Shown here piece by piece: positions 45,511-54,974 of a DNA stretch of 64,000 nucleotides. The notes beneath the pieces are model-generated. The model saw only the letters and a program-made list of their open reading frames with translations. It did no database searches and was not told the origin of the DNA. The position numbers were made by a program, and so were the translations under genes. This DNA comes from an uncultured Coriobacteriaceae bacterium (GTDB taxonomy: Bacteria; Actinomycetota; Coriobacteriia; Coriobacteriales; UMGS124). Numbering within the stretch: position 1 is the stretch's first letter; the number at the start of each line of letters is the position of its first letter. The stretch spans positions 13,904 to 77,903 of the forward strand of contig UQBS01000006.1 of assembly GCA_900539345.1 (NCBI GenBank). Reading direction: 5' to 3'.

Positions 45511-47388
45511 TTAGAGAGCATAATCCGAGGGCGCCTCGTGTTCGGCTGACCAGCCGTAATATCCCAGCTCGCGCATGGAATCGTCGCTGCGCAGGAAGTG
45601 CTTTTGGCTTACCTCGCCGTGCGTGCCCTGGTCGGGAGTTGGGTCGTCCCAGGTCACGTCAACGTGGTACCAAGTGCCGTCGATGCACACCATGTTCCAC
45701 TGGTGTGCCATGTCCTCACTGCGCACGATGACGCAGGGTACTCCGAGTCGCTCCATAGCAAGCATGAAGGCTTGCGAATACCCTTCGCAGACCGCCGTCG
45801 CATTGGCGAACAGGCCGTATGCCGTGTGTGAGGCGCGCATGTCTTCTTGGTCGTAGGCAACGTGCCGCACGAGCCAGTCGTGCACGGCGAGCACCTGCGT
45901 CGCTGTGTCGGTCTGCGGGTCCACCCAATCGCATGCCCATGCTGCGCCGTCGGTGAGCAGCTGCTTGTTTTGGGCAATCTCGCTGGGGGAGAGGCGGTAT
46001 TCTGCCGTGAGGGAGCACACGACGCAGTCCTCGTCGTTTGAGGCGGTGTTGGAAAGAAACGTCGCGCCCATGCTCGCCACATACCCATACCAGGCAGGAT
46101 CGAGCATGTCGAAGGCATGGCTGACCTCGCGATAGGTAAGGCGATAGCGCTCAATGCCGTCCAGGCTTGGGGTGCCCTCGTCAAGCAGCTTCTTCCAGAG
46201 TTCTTGTGCCAGCGCCAGGCGCGAGGCTTCGTCTGACCCTGCGATTTTGTCGTAATAGCCTTGCGGGACCTGGGCGGGGGCGTCCCAAGAGGAAACGCCG
46301 CCCGCGCGCATGGCGTCGTCGTTGCACAGGAAGTAAAGCAGCGTTGCCTGCTCGCTTTCCTTGGTGCGCGAGTCCCAGTACAGGTCGACGTGATACCAGG
46401 AGCCGTCGACATTCACGAGGTTCCAATACGTGCCCTCGCCCTCCGGCGCACCGGTGTCACAGAGCACCAAACAGTCGATGCCGAGCTGGTCGAGCACAAG
46501 CTTGTAGGCGTCGGCGAAGCCCTTGCCCACGGCGTTGCCTTCCACAAGGCACCCGTAGGCGCAGAAGGGCGTGGAGGTGCTGCCCGATACGCCCAGGCAG
46601 CGGGCCTGCAGGGCCTGTGCTGCGGCAAGCGCCACCTCTTCGTCGCTAACCGCGCTGCTGGCCCGTACCTGGGCGACGACCTCGTCAACTGCGGCGTCTA
46701 CGCTCTGGGCGTAGGTGGCCTGCAGGTCATCGTCGATGAGATAGCGCAGTTCAAAACCGGTGAGTGTGCATGCATCCTCGTCATCGGCGTTGTCGAGGTA
46801 GTAGTACTCGATGCCGCTCACATAGTCGAGCTTGGCGTCTTGCAGCAGCAGGTCGTAGGCAATCAGAACGTCGCCGACGGTGAGCCCCCTGTCGGTGAGA
46901 CCGTCGACCTTGCCTGAGAAATCCCCGGCGGCCTGCGTAAGCAAATCGAGCGCCTCGGACTGGGCGGAAGTGAGCTCGGCATTCGGCCTGCTGTCCTCGG
47001 AGGGGCCGCCTTCTTCGCCCGATTCGGCCTGTGTGCCAGTGGATGCGGGCGCCTCGTCGTCCGAGTTGCCATCTGGACTGGTCGACGGGGCGGCCTCCTC
47101 GTCCGGCTCGGTTTGCTCGGTGGGAGCGGGTGCCTCGTCACTCAGGCCGTCATACTCCGGTGGCTCGCTGTCGCCCGGCGCCTCATCAAGCGAGCAACCC
47201 GCGGGGATAACGTCGCCCATCAGCTCTGCGGTGACGTCCACCGCGTCGCCTGCCAGCTGTGCGGCGGTGTCAGACACGTCGTTTGCCAGGCGTTGCGCCG
47301 TCTGGCCAATGTGGTGCAGCTCATCGGGTGCGGCGAACGTGAAACCCAGTGCGATTGCTGCTGCCAGTATGATAGGCCAGGGGCGCAT
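45511..47388 (-). CDS. secreted protein with one intact and one degenerate transglutaminase-like core
   Basis: Signal MRPWPIILAAAIALGFTFAAP. C-terminal AVCEGYSQAFMLAMERLGVPCVIVRSEDMAHQWNMVCIDGTWYHVDVTWDD. An earlier module reads GKGFADAYKLVLDQLGIDCLVL...YWNLVNVDGSWYHVDLYWD. Confidence 0.72.
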   Translation of the reverse strand: MRPWPIILAAAIALGFTFAAPDELHHIGQTAQRLANDVSDTAAQLAGDAVDVTAELMGDVIPAGCSLDEAPGDSEPPEYDGLSDEAPAPTEQTEPDEEAAPSTSPDGNSDDEAPASTGTQAESGEEGGPSEDSRPNAELTSAQSEALDLLTQAAGDFSGKVDGLTDRGLTVGDVLIAYDLLLQDAKLDYVSGIEYYYLDNADDEDACTLTGFELRYLIDDDLQATYAQSVDAAVDEVVAQVRASSAVSDEEVALAAAQALQARCLGVSGSTSTPFCAYGCLVEGNAVGKGFADAYKLVLDQLGIDCLVLCDTGAPEGEGTYWNLVNVDGSWYHVDLYWDSRTKESEQATLLYFLCNDDAMRAGGVSSWDAPAQVPQGYYDKIAGSDEASRLALAQELWKKLLDEGTPSLDGIERYRLTYREVSHAFDMLDPAWYGYVASMGATFLSNTASNDEDCVVCSLTAEYRLSPSEIAQNKQLLTDGAAWACDWVDPQTDTATQVLAVHDWLVRHVAYDQEDMRASHTAYGLFANATAVCEGYSQAFMLAMERLGVPCVIVRSEDMAHQWNMVCIDGTWYHVDVTWDDPTPDQGTHGEVSQKHFLRSDDSMRELGYYGWSAEHEAPSDYAL

Positions 47389-47395
47389 GATTGAG

Positions 47396-48586
47396 TTACC
47401 TGTTCTCGAGGCGCGAGACGAGGTCGCGCAGGATTTCGACGCAGTCGCCTACCACGCTGTAGGTGGCATGCCCGAAGATGGGCGCCTCCGGGTCGGAGTT
47501 GATCGCGATGACGCACTGTGCCCCGCCGATGCCGGCCAGGTGCTGGATGGCGCCTGAGACGCCCACGCTCACGAGGAGCCTGGGGGCCACAGACACGCCG
47601 GTCTGACCCACCTGGTGGGGGTATTCGAGCCAGCCTTGCTCAACCAGGGGGCGCGAGCAGCCAAGTTTGGCGCCGATGAGCTCGGCGAGCCTGCTTGCAA
47701 GCGCCAGGTTCTTCTTGGCACCGATGCCACGGCCCACCACGACGAGTACTTCGGCGTCGGCGACCGAGTCATCCTGCGGTGCGGCAAGACGCTCGAGCAC
47801 CTCGACGTGGGAGGTTGCCTCGGCAGGTACGCCTACCTGCTCGATTGTCGCGGTGCGCTCGGGGTCGACGACGGGCGCCGCGAGCACGCCGGGGCGCACC
47901 GTCGCCATCTGGGGGCGGGCGTCGGGGCACACGATGGTTGCCATGAGGTTGCCGCCGAACGTGGGCCGGGTCTGCTGCAGCAGGCGCGTCTCGGGGTCGA
48001 TGGCGAGGCCGGTGCAGTCTGCCGTGAGACCGCACCTCACGCGTGCCGCCACGCACGGGGCAAGCTCGCGGCCGAAGGCGGTGGCCCCGAACAGGACGAT
48101 TTCGGGGGAGCGCGCCTCGATGAGGTCGACCATCCAGGTGGCGAAGGACTCGCATGCCCCATCTGCCAGGCGCTTGTCGCTGGCTACAAGGACCTGGTCG
48201 GCCCCGGCTCCCGCAAGCAGCTGCGCCTGTCCCTCAAGCGTCTCCTGGCCTGCGTTGCTTCCCAGCACGGCCACGACGTTGCAGCCCAGCGCATCGGCCA
48301 GGCCGCGGGCAGCGCCCACGAGCTCGAAGGCGACGGGCAACGCCTGTCCGTCGGCAGTCTGGGCAAACACCCATACGTCCTGGCATACTTTCGCGTCGTC
48401 TTGCGCGGACTCGCGCACGATCTCGATGGCGTCGAAGGGGCAAGCGTCCACGCACATGCCGCACAGCACGCAGGCATCATTCACACGTGCGAGCCTGCCG
48501 TCCATCTGAAGCGCCCCTGAGGCGCATGTCCTCACGCATCTGCCGCAACCGCGGCAAGCCTGCGCGTCGATAACGAGTCCCGTCAC
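47396..48586 (-). CDS. etfA: electron transfer flavoprotein alpha subunit with an N-terminal 2x[4Fe-4S] ferredoxin domain
   Basis: CRGCGRCVRTC and CVLCGMCVDACP, then the ETF-alpha signature VGVSGAIQHLAGIGGAQCVIAINSDPEAPIF. GTGA overlap with etfB. Confidence 0.9.
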   Translation of the reverse strand: MTGLVIDAQACRGCGRCVRTCASGALQMDGRLARVNDACVLCGMCVDACPFDAIEIVRESAQDDAKVCQDVWVFAQTADGQALPVAFELVGAARGLADALGCNVVAVLGSNAGQETLEGQAQLLAGAGADQVLVASDKRLADGACESFATWMVDLIEARSPEIVLFGATAFGRELAPCVAARVRCGLTADCTGLAIDPETRLLQQTRPTFGGNLMATIVCPDARPQMATVRPGVLAAPVVDPERTATIEQVGVPAEATSHVEVLERLAAPQDDSVADAEVLVVVGRGIGAKKNLALASRLAELIGAKLGCSRPLVEQGWLEYPHQVGQTGVSVAPRLLVSVGVSGAIQHLAGIGGAQCVIAINSDPEAPIFGHATYSVVGDCVEILRDLVSRLENR

Positions 48587-49377
48587 AGCCCCATCTCCTC
48601 AAACATCTCGGCGAGCTTGGCCGCCTGCTGGGATGCGTCGCCCTCCACGGGCGTGCAGCCGCCCGACCTCTCAGGGGTGAACGAGCGCACGACTTGCGTG
48701 GGTGACCCCGCAAGGCCGATGCGCGCGGGGTCGGCGCCTACTGCCTGGGCGTTGCGCACTTCCACCGGTCCTTCGCAGCTCCAACGCACCCCGGAGATGC
48801 TTGGCATGCGCGGTGTGCACACGTCCTTGGCGACGGTGATGACGCAAGGCAGGTCCACGCGCACGATCGCCTCTCCGGCGTCGGTTGCGCGGCAAAGGGT
48901 TAGTTCCTGCTCGTCGGCCGCCACGACCTCCAAGACGTCGGTCACGCAGGGAACGCCGAGCACGCAAGCAAGCTCGGGGCCGATTTGGGCGGTGTCGCCG
49001 TCCACGGCCATTTTGCCACATATGACCAGGTCGGCGTGCCAGCCGTTTTTGGTCAGGTCGGCCAGGCCGCACGACAGGGAATATGAGGTGGCAAGCGTGT
49101 CGGCTCCCGCGAAAGCGCGGTCGGAGAGCAGAAGGCCTCGGTCTGCCCCGCGGGCCAGACAGTCGCGCAGCAGTCGCTCGGTGTCGGGGATGCCCATGGA
49201 CAGGGCGCACACGCGCCCTCCCAGCTGCTCCTTCAGGCGCACGGCGACTTCGAGGGCGGTTTGGTCGAAGGGATTGACGACGCTTTGGCGCCCGTCGCGT
49301 ACGAGCGTGTTGGTCACGGGGTCCATCTTCACCTCGGTGGTGGAGGGGACCGCCTTGATGCAAACGACGGTGTTCAT
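48583..49377 (-). CDS. etfB: electron transfer flavoprotein beta subunit
   Basis: MNTVVCIKAVPSTTEVKMDPVTNTLVRDG..VVNPFDQTALEVAVRLKE. 264 aa. Confidence 0.9.
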   Translation of the reverse strand: MNTVVCIKAVPSTTEVKMDPVTNTLVRDGRQSVVNPFDQTALEVAVRLKEQLGGRVCALSMGIPDTERLLRDCLARGADRGLLLSDRAFAGADTLATSYSLSCGLADLTKNGWHADLVICGKMAVDGDTAQIGPELACVLGVPCVTDVLEVVAADEQELTLCRATDAGEAIVRVDLPCVITVAKDVCTPRMPSISGVRWSCEGPVEVRNAQAVGADPARIGLAGSPTQVVRSFTPERSGGCTPVEGDASQQAAKLAEMFEEMGL

Positions 49378-49380
49378 CGC

Positions 49381-51051
49381 TTATTCCTGCCTTTCGGGGG
49401 CACAGTCCTGCCCGTCATGGGCGGCCGCGGCATGTGCGGCGACCTCGGCGTCGAGCACGTCGGGCCCAAAGAGGTTGCCCTGCCCCAGGATGCCGCGGGG
49501 GTCGAGGGCGATCTTGGCGCGCGCCATCTCGTGGATGGCCTGCGTGCCGTACATGACCTCGAGGAAGTCGCGCTTGATCTTGCCCACGCCGTGCTCGGCC
49601 GAGACGGCGCCGCCCATGCGGGTGACCTCGCCGGCCCACGACTTGAAGAGCTCCTTACCGCGCGCATAGTCGGCGGCATCGCGCGGAAGCACGTTGACAT
49701 GCAGGTGGTTGTTGCCGATGTGGCCCCACACGGCGCTTTCCAGACCCGCCTCGGCCAGGGTGGCGCGGTACATCTGCACGACCTCGTGCAGGCATGCGTC
49801 GGGCACGGACATGTCGCTTCCGAGCTTGGTGATGGTGGGGTCGGTCTTGCGGCGCTCGTCGATGAGCATGTTCACGCTCTCGGGCACCGCGTGGCGGAAG
49901 AAGCGCTGCGCCTCGCGGTCGAGGTCGGTGCGGGCAACCCAGGTGCGCGACTCGTCGGCGCCCACCTGCTCCATGAGGTCGGCGATTTCCCAAAGCTCCT
50001 CGTAGGCCTTGTCTTCGCTTTGGCAGACGAGTTCCACGAAGATGCAGCAGCGGGCTCCTTCGGGCGTGACGGGCAGGGTTGCGAAGGCACGCGAGGTGGT
50101 GCGCTGGTGCGCCAGTATCGCCAGGGCCGCCTCGTCGAAGAACTCCATGGCGCTGGCGCAGGTGATGCGCTCGCGGGCGGCGCAGGTGAAGTCCATGGCC
50201 TGCTGCTCCTGCTCAAAGAAGCAGCTCACGCCCCATGTCACGGCAGGGGCTGCCAGAAGCTCGAGCTCGATCTCGCAGATGACGCCCAGGGTGCCGTCGC
50301 TTCCCACGAACAGGTCGACTGCATCCATGCCGGGTGCGGCGTAGTAGCCCGAGGCGTTCTTCACGGAAGGCATGGTGTAGGTGGGCACGGGGACCTCGAT
50401 GTGGCTGCCCTGTTCAGTCGTGAGGCTGAGGACGCCGTCATGCTCCTTGACCTGCCCACGCGTGAGGGCGAGCGTCTGGCCGTCGGCCAGCACGATGCGA
50501 AGGGCGCTCACATGGGGCCTCACCGCGCCGTAGCGGTAGGAGCGCGCGCCGCTGGCGTTGCAGGCCACCATGCCGCCGATCGTTGCGGACACCTCGGTGG
50601 GGTCGGTGGGGAAGAAGACCTCCGGACCCTCCTGGAAGGCTTGCCAGGCGGCCATCGACGCGTCGTCGAAGCCCGTGCAGGGGATGTTCTTGTCGGCAAG
50701 GTCGCTGCGCAGCTGCGACAGGACCAGGCCAGGCTGCACGCGCACGAAGAGCCTGGTGGCGCCCCGACCGTCGTCGCAGGCGCGCATGCCCAGGTAGGCA
50801 TTCATTTTCGAAAGGTTCATGACGTGCCCGCTTGCCGGAACCGCGCCGGCGGCAAGGCCCGTGCGGCCACCCTGCACGCATACCGGCGTGCACGCGCCGC
50901 GTTCCTCGTCGAGGCTGGCAAGCTCGGCAAGCACCTGCCGAACGTCGTCGGTCGTGCGAGGAAACGAGATCGTGTCGGCGTGCCCGCAGCTGCGAGACTC
51001 GTCCTTTAGATACTCCCCGAACTCCGGGGTGAGTTGTTGAATCTTTGTCAT
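49381..51051 (-). CDS. FAD-binding oxidase, GlcD / D-lactate dehydrogenase family
   Basis: VCVQGGRTGLAAGAVP, TIGGMVACNASGARSYRYG, GHIGNNHLHVNVLP and VSAEHGVGKIKRDFL. First gene of the operon with etfBA. Confidence 0.85.
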   Translation of the reverse strand: MTKIQQLTPEFGEYLKDESRSCGHADTISFPRTTDDVRQVLAELASLDEERGACTPVCVQGGRTGLAAGAVPASGHVMNLSKMNAYLGMRACDDGRGATRLFVRVQPGLVLSQLRSDLADKNIPCTGFDDASMAAWQAFQEGPEVFFPTDPTEVSATIGGMVACNASGARSYRYGAVRPHVSALRIVLADGQTLALTRGQVKEHDGVLSLTTEQGSHIEVPVPTYTMPSVKNASGYYAAPGMDAVDLFVGSDGTLGVICEIELELLAAPAVTWGVSCFFEQEQQAMDFTCAARERITCASAMEFFDEAALAILAHQRTTSRAFATLPVTPEGARCCIFVELVCQSEDKAYEELWEIADLMEQVGADESRTWVARTDLDREAQRFFRHAVPESVNMLIDERRKTDPTITKLGSDMSVPDACLHEVVQMYRATLAEAGLESAVWGHIGNNHLHVNVLPRDAADYARGKELFKSWAGEVTRMGGAVSAEHGVGKIKRDFLEVMYGTQAIHEMARAKIALDPRGILGQGNLFGPDVLDAEVAAHAAAAHDGQDCAPERQE

Positions 51052-51332
51052 GGCGCCCTCTCAGTCAAATCCAGCGCTGTACGAGGACCATTATCCGCGC
51101 CTGCCGGTGCTGCGCCCGTGCGCGGCCCGTGTTTTTAGGCCAACGTACTCTTTGTGCGACATCCTTTACGTTCCGGAAACAATGGCCTGCGCCGCTCGCC
51201 GCTTTTGAGGGAAAAATTGCAAATCGCAGAGATGATTTTCAGCCATTTTTGATTGAATAGGCAGGTGAAGTATGGCATGCTATGTGGGCTTCTAGAGCAA
51301 TCCGCAACCTTTGCACCCCAAGGGAGTTTGTT

Positions 51333-51653
51333 ATGACCAAGAGCAACGTCCCCAACCTCACCACCGCCCAGCGCGCCGAGGCCCTTGCCAAGGCGGCCCA
51401 GGCCCGTCACGATCGCGCCCAGCTGCGCGACGATATCAAGGCCGGCAAGGTCTCCATCGCCGACGTTCTCGAGATGGACAACGACATTGCCAAGCGCATG
51501 AAGGTCTCCGCCCTCATCGAGTCTGTTCCGGGCTTTGGCGTGGCCAAGACCGTCAAGCTCATGGAGGAGCTCGGCATTTCCGAGTCCCGTCGCGTTCAGG
51601 GTCTGGGCGTGCGTCAGCGCGAGCAGCTCATCGAGCGCCTCGGCGACCGCTAA
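51333..51653 (+). CDS. mihF: actinobacterial integration host factor
   Basis: MTKSNVPNLTTAQRAEALAKAAQARHDRAQLRDDIKAGKVSIADVL...VPGFGVAKTVKLMEELGISESRRVQGLG. SD AAGGGAG lies upstream. Confidence 0.85.
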   Translation: MTKSNVPNLTTAQRAEALAKAAQARHDRAQLRDDIKAGKVSIADVLEMDNDIAKRMKVSALIESVPGFGVAKTVKLMEELGISESRRVQGLGVRQREQLIERLGDR

Positions 51654-51686
51654 TCTTTTGATGCGCTAACCAGCAATTGTGTACCG

Positions 51687-51720
51687 AAGGGCCGCCCGCC
51701 GTGATGCGGGCGGCCCTTTT
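51687..51720 (+). terminator. intrinsic terminator after mihF
   Basis: AAGGGCCGCCCGC, loop CGTGAT, GCGGGCGGCCCTT, ending in TTTT. Confidence 0.85.
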
Positions 51721-51760
51721 ATCATAGCCAGGACCTGGCTAGGGAGAGGAGAGGAGAGAC

Positions 51761-52333
51761 ATGTCCCAGTTGACCGAGATTCGCTGGCATGCGCGTGCCG
51801 GCCAGGGTGCCGTCACCGCAGCCCAGCTCGTTGCTGAGATTGCCATGGGCAACGGCCGCTACATGCAGGCCATGCCCGAGTTTGGCCCGGAGCGCACGGG
51901 CGCGCCGCTCAAGGCGTACACGCGCCTTGCCGATGAGCCCATCGAGATTCACAACAACGTGGTGAACCCCGACATTGTCGTTGTCATGGACACCACCCTT
52001 CTGGGGCAGGTCGACGTGCTCGAGGGCATGAACCCCGAGGGCACCGTCATCGTCAACACGCGCAAGAGCCCCGACGAGATTCGCGCGGCCCTCAATGCGC
52101 CTGCCGGTATCACGGTGGCCTGCGTCGACGCCACCCAGATCGCGCTCGACACCATCGGCCGCAACATCCCCAACACGCCGCTCGTCGCCGCCATGGCACG
52201 CGTATGCGGGGTCATGACGCTGGACAACGTGCTCGCCCACATCGAGCGTGAGTTCTCCAAAAAGTTCAACGCCAAGGTCGTTGCCGGCAACCTGGACAGC
52301 GTTCGCCGTGCCTATGAGGAGGTCGTCTTCTAA
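51761..52333 (+). CDS. 2-oxoacid:ferredoxin oxidoreductase gamma subunit (pyruvate/ketoisovalerate type)
   Basis: EIRWHARAGQGAVTAAQLVAEIAM...GPERTGAP. First gene of a gamma-delta-alpha-beta operon. Confidence 0.88.
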   Translation: MSQLTEIRWHARAGQGAVTAAQLVAEIAMGNGRYMQAMPEFGPERTGAPLKAYTRLADEPIEIHNNVVNPDIVVVMDTTLLGQVDVLEGMNPEGTVIVNTRKSPDEIRAALNAPAGITVACVDATQIALDTIGRNIPNTPLVAAMARVCGVMTLDNVLAHIEREFSKKFNAKVVAGNLDSVRRAYEEVVF

Positions 52334-52659
52334 TGAGCTGGGACATTTCCTCGTATGATTCCTGGAAGTACGACGAGATTCCGCTGGGCTGTGTGGCTCC
52401 CGAGCCCGGCACGTCGCGCCTCGTGCAGACGGGCGGCTGGCGTACCGACCGCCCCGTGTGGGACGCTTCCGTGTGCAAGAACTGCCTGATCTGCTGGGTG
52501 TACTGTCCCGACGCCTCCATCGAGGTCAAGGACGGCCAGATGACGGGCATCGACTACGAGCACTGCAAGGGCTGCGGCGTGTGCGCCCGTGAGTGCAAGT
52601 TCGGCGCCATCTCCATGGTCAACGAGCAGGATGCGAAGCAAAACGAGGTGCAGGCATAA
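52333..52659 (+). CDS. 2-oxoacid:ferredoxin oxidoreductase delta subunit (2x[4Fe-4S])
   Basis: CKNCLICWVYCPD and CKGCGVCARECK. TAATG junctions on both sides. Confidence 0.88.
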   Translation: MSWDISSYDSWKYDEIPLGCVAPEPGTSRLVQTGGWRTDRPVWDASVCKNCLICWVYCPDASIEVKDGQMTGIDYEHCKGCGVCARECKFGAISMVNEQDAKQNEVQA

Positions 52660-53831
52660 TGGCAACCCAGACCGTCTTGGCAGCATCCGGCGACATCATG
52701 GTCGCCAACGCGCTGCGCCAGGCTGAGCCCGACGTCATGGCGGCGTACCCCATCACGCCCCAGACCATCATCGTCGAGGAGTTCGACAAGTTCGTGGCCG
52801 ACGGCCGCGTGCACACCGAGTACGTCAACGTCGAGAGCGAGCACTCGGCCATGAGCGCCACCATCGGCGCGTCGGCTGCCGGCTCGCGCGCCGTGACCGC
52901 GACCTCCTCGCAGGGCCTTGCGCTCATGTACGAGGAGCTGCCCATCGCCGCCGGCATGCGCCTGCCCATCGTCATGGCCAACGTCAACCGCACCATCTCG
53001 GCGCCCATCAACATCCACGCCGACCACTCCGACATCATGGGCGTGCGCGACGCTGGTTGGATCGTGATGTTTGCCGAGAACGCCCAGGAGGCCTACGACA
53101 ACACGGTGTGCGCCTTCCGCATTGCCGAGAACCCCCAGGTCATGCTGCCTGTTCTCACCACGCTCGACGGCTTCACCACGAGTCACGCCTACGAGCGCTG
53201 CGAGCTCATGGACGACGCCACCGTGGCGGAGTTCGTGGGCACCTACGAGGCGCCCTACGGCCTGCTCACCTCTGTGCAGCCCATCGCGCACGGCAACTAC
53301 GCCAACGGCACCATCGTCATGGAGTCCAAGCTGGCATGCCGTCGCGCCCAGGATGCCGCCAAGCCCGTCATCGACGAGGTGTTTGCCGCTTGGTCACAGA
53401 TTTGCGGCCGCGAGATGGCCTGCGTGCACACCTACGGCATGGAGGACGCCGAGCGCGCCATCGTCATCATCGGCTCGGCCGCCGGCACCGTGCGCCATGT
53501 CGCCCGTCAGCTGCGCGCCGAGGGCGAGCGCGTGGGCGTCGTGAACATCCGCGTGTTCAGGCCCTTCCCCGCAGAGCAGATCGTCGGGGCCCTCAAGGGC
53601 TGCTCGGCGGTGGCCGTGCTCGACCGTTCCGAGTCGTTCGGCGGTGTGGGCGGCCCCGTCGCCGCCGAGGTGAAGGCTTCCATGTACGACGCGGGTCTCA
53701 CCGTGCCCGTGCGCGCCTACATGTATGGCCTGGGTGGCGCCGACCTCACCTGCCAGATCGTGCGCGACATCTACAACGAGCTCAAGGACCCCGCAAGCCT
53801 GCCCAGCCTCACCTACAAGGGCAACCGCTAA
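52659..53831 (+). CDS. 2-oxoacid:ferredoxin oxidoreductase alpha subunit
   Basis: MATQTVLAASGDIMVANALRQAEPDVMAAYPITPQT and SEHSAMSATIGASAAGSRAVTATSSQGLALM. Confidence 0.9.
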   Translation: MATQTVLAASGDIMVANALRQAEPDVMAAYPITPQTIIVEEFDKFVADGRVHTEYVNVESEHSAMSATIGASAAGSRAVTATSSQGLALMYEELPIAAGMRLPIVMANVNRTISAPINIHADHSDIMGVRDAGWIVMFAENAQEAYDNTVCAFRIAENPQVMLPVLTTLDGFTTSHAYERCELMDDATVAEFVGTYEAPYGLLTSVQPIAHGNYANGTIVMESKLACRRAQDAAKPVIDEVFAAWSQICGREMACVHTYGMEDAERAIVIIGSAAGTVRHVARQLRAEGERVGVVNIRVFRPFPAEQIVGALKGCSAVAVLDRSESFGGVGGPVAAEVKASMYDAGLTVPVRAYMYGLGGADLTCQIVRDIYNELKDPASLPSLTYKGNR

Positions 53832-53847
53832 GAAAGGAGGACCTGCG

Positions 53848-54795
53848 ATGGCCAACCTCAAGCAACTCTCCGAGCTTCCCAGCCGTCTGGCCCCGGGTCA
53901 CCGCCTGTGCGGTGGCTGTGGCGCCTCCATCGCCGTCCGTCAGGTGCTCATGGGTGCCGGCGACACGCCCGTCGTCGTCTCCAGCGCCACGGGATGCCTG
54001 GAGGTCTCTACGACGGTCTATCCGTACAACTCCTGGGACGTCCCCTTCATCCACAACGCCTTCGAGAACTCCGCTGCGACCCTGTCGGGCGTCGAGGCCG
54101 CTTTTAAGGCTCTCAAGCGCGCCGGCAAGATCGACCCCGACAAGAAGGTCAAGTTCATCGCCTTCGGCGGCGACGGCGGTACCTACGACATCGGCCTGCA
54201 GTCGCTGTCGGGCGCCATGGAGCGCGGCCACGACATGGTGTACGTGTGCTACGACAACGGCGCGTACATGAACACGGGCATCCAGCGCTCCGGTGCCACC
54301 CCCTACGGCGCCTGGACCACCACCTCCGAGGTGGGCTCGTGCGGCCTGGGCAAGATGCAGCGTCGCAAGGACCTCACATCTATCCTTGCTGCGCACCACA
54401 TCCCCTATATCGCACAGGCCTCCGTCAGCCATTGGCAGGACCTCGTGCGCAAGGCGGAGAAGGCCATCAACACCGACGGCCCCGCGTTCATCAACGTGCT
54501 CGCTCCCTGCCCCCGTGGCTGGCGTATCCCCTTCGACATGACCGTGGAGATTGCGCGTCTGGGCGTGGAGACCAACTTCTGGCCGCTCTTCGAGGTGGAG
54601 AACGGCGTGTGGAGCCTCACCGAGCAGCGCCGCGTGAAGCCGGTCGAGGAGTTCCTCAAGCCCCAGGGCCGCTTCAAGCATATGTTCAAGCCGGGCAACG
54701 AGTGGATGGTCGCCGAGTGCCAGGCTCAGACCGACGCCAATCTGGCATACCTGCGCGCCATGGTGAAGGGCACGCAGCCCCAGGCGCAGGAGTAA
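53848..54795 (+). CDS. 2-oxoacid:ferredoxin oxidoreductase beta subunit (TPP-binding)
   Basis: GHRLCGGCGASIAVRQ and GGDGGTYDIGLQSLSGAMERGHDMVYVCYDNGAYMNTG. SD AAAGGAGG lies upstream. Confidence 0.9.
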   Translation: MANLKQLSELPSRLAPGHRLCGGCGASIAVRQVLMGAGDTPVVVSSATGCLEVSTTVYPYNSWDVPFIHNAFENSAATLSGVEAAFKALKRAGKIDPDKKVKFIAFGGDGGTYDIGLQSLSGAMERGHDMVYVCYDNGAYMNTGIQRSGATPYGAWTTTSEVGSCGLGKMQRRKDLTSILAAHHIPYIAQASVSHWQDLVRKAEKAINTDGPAFINVLAPCPRGWRIPFDMTVEIARLGVETNFWPLFEVENGVWSLTEQRRVKPVEEFLKPQGRFKHMFKPGNEWMVAECQAQTDANLAYLRAMVKGTQPQAQE

Positions 54796-54826
54796 CTGCG
54801 CGCCTGCATTAAGACTGGTGATTTTT

Positions 54827-54866
54827 AGGCGGGAACCTGCGGTTTTGCGTGGGTTCCCGCCTTTTT
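54827..54866 (+). terminator. intrinsic terminator after the oxidoreductase operon
   Basis: AGGCGGGAACC pairs with GGTTCCCGCCT, followed by T5. Confidence 0.85.
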
Positions 54867-54974
54867 GTGTGCTTGGATAGAAGGGTGCCCGGCGGGGTAC
54901 ACGGTGCGAACCCCGGGGTGCTGCAGGGGCGGGCCTCGCAGGTTTGTTGGGACACGAAGGTTTGGAGGCACGGC

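Noticed and set aside
49261-51009. 582-aa plus-strand ORF opposite the FAD oxidase gene, and 47615-48520 and 48617-49669 opposite etfA and etfB.
   Set aside because: The ETF and GlcD-family signatures are all on the minus strand, where the genes are tightly coupled (GTGA overlap, 3-nt spacer).
53057-54271. 404-aa plus-strand ORF in an alternative frame across the alpha and beta subunit genes of the oxidoreductase.
   Set aside because: It is an out-of-frame Arg/Pro/His-rich translation. The annotated frames carry the TPP-binding and conserved alpha-subunit blocks.
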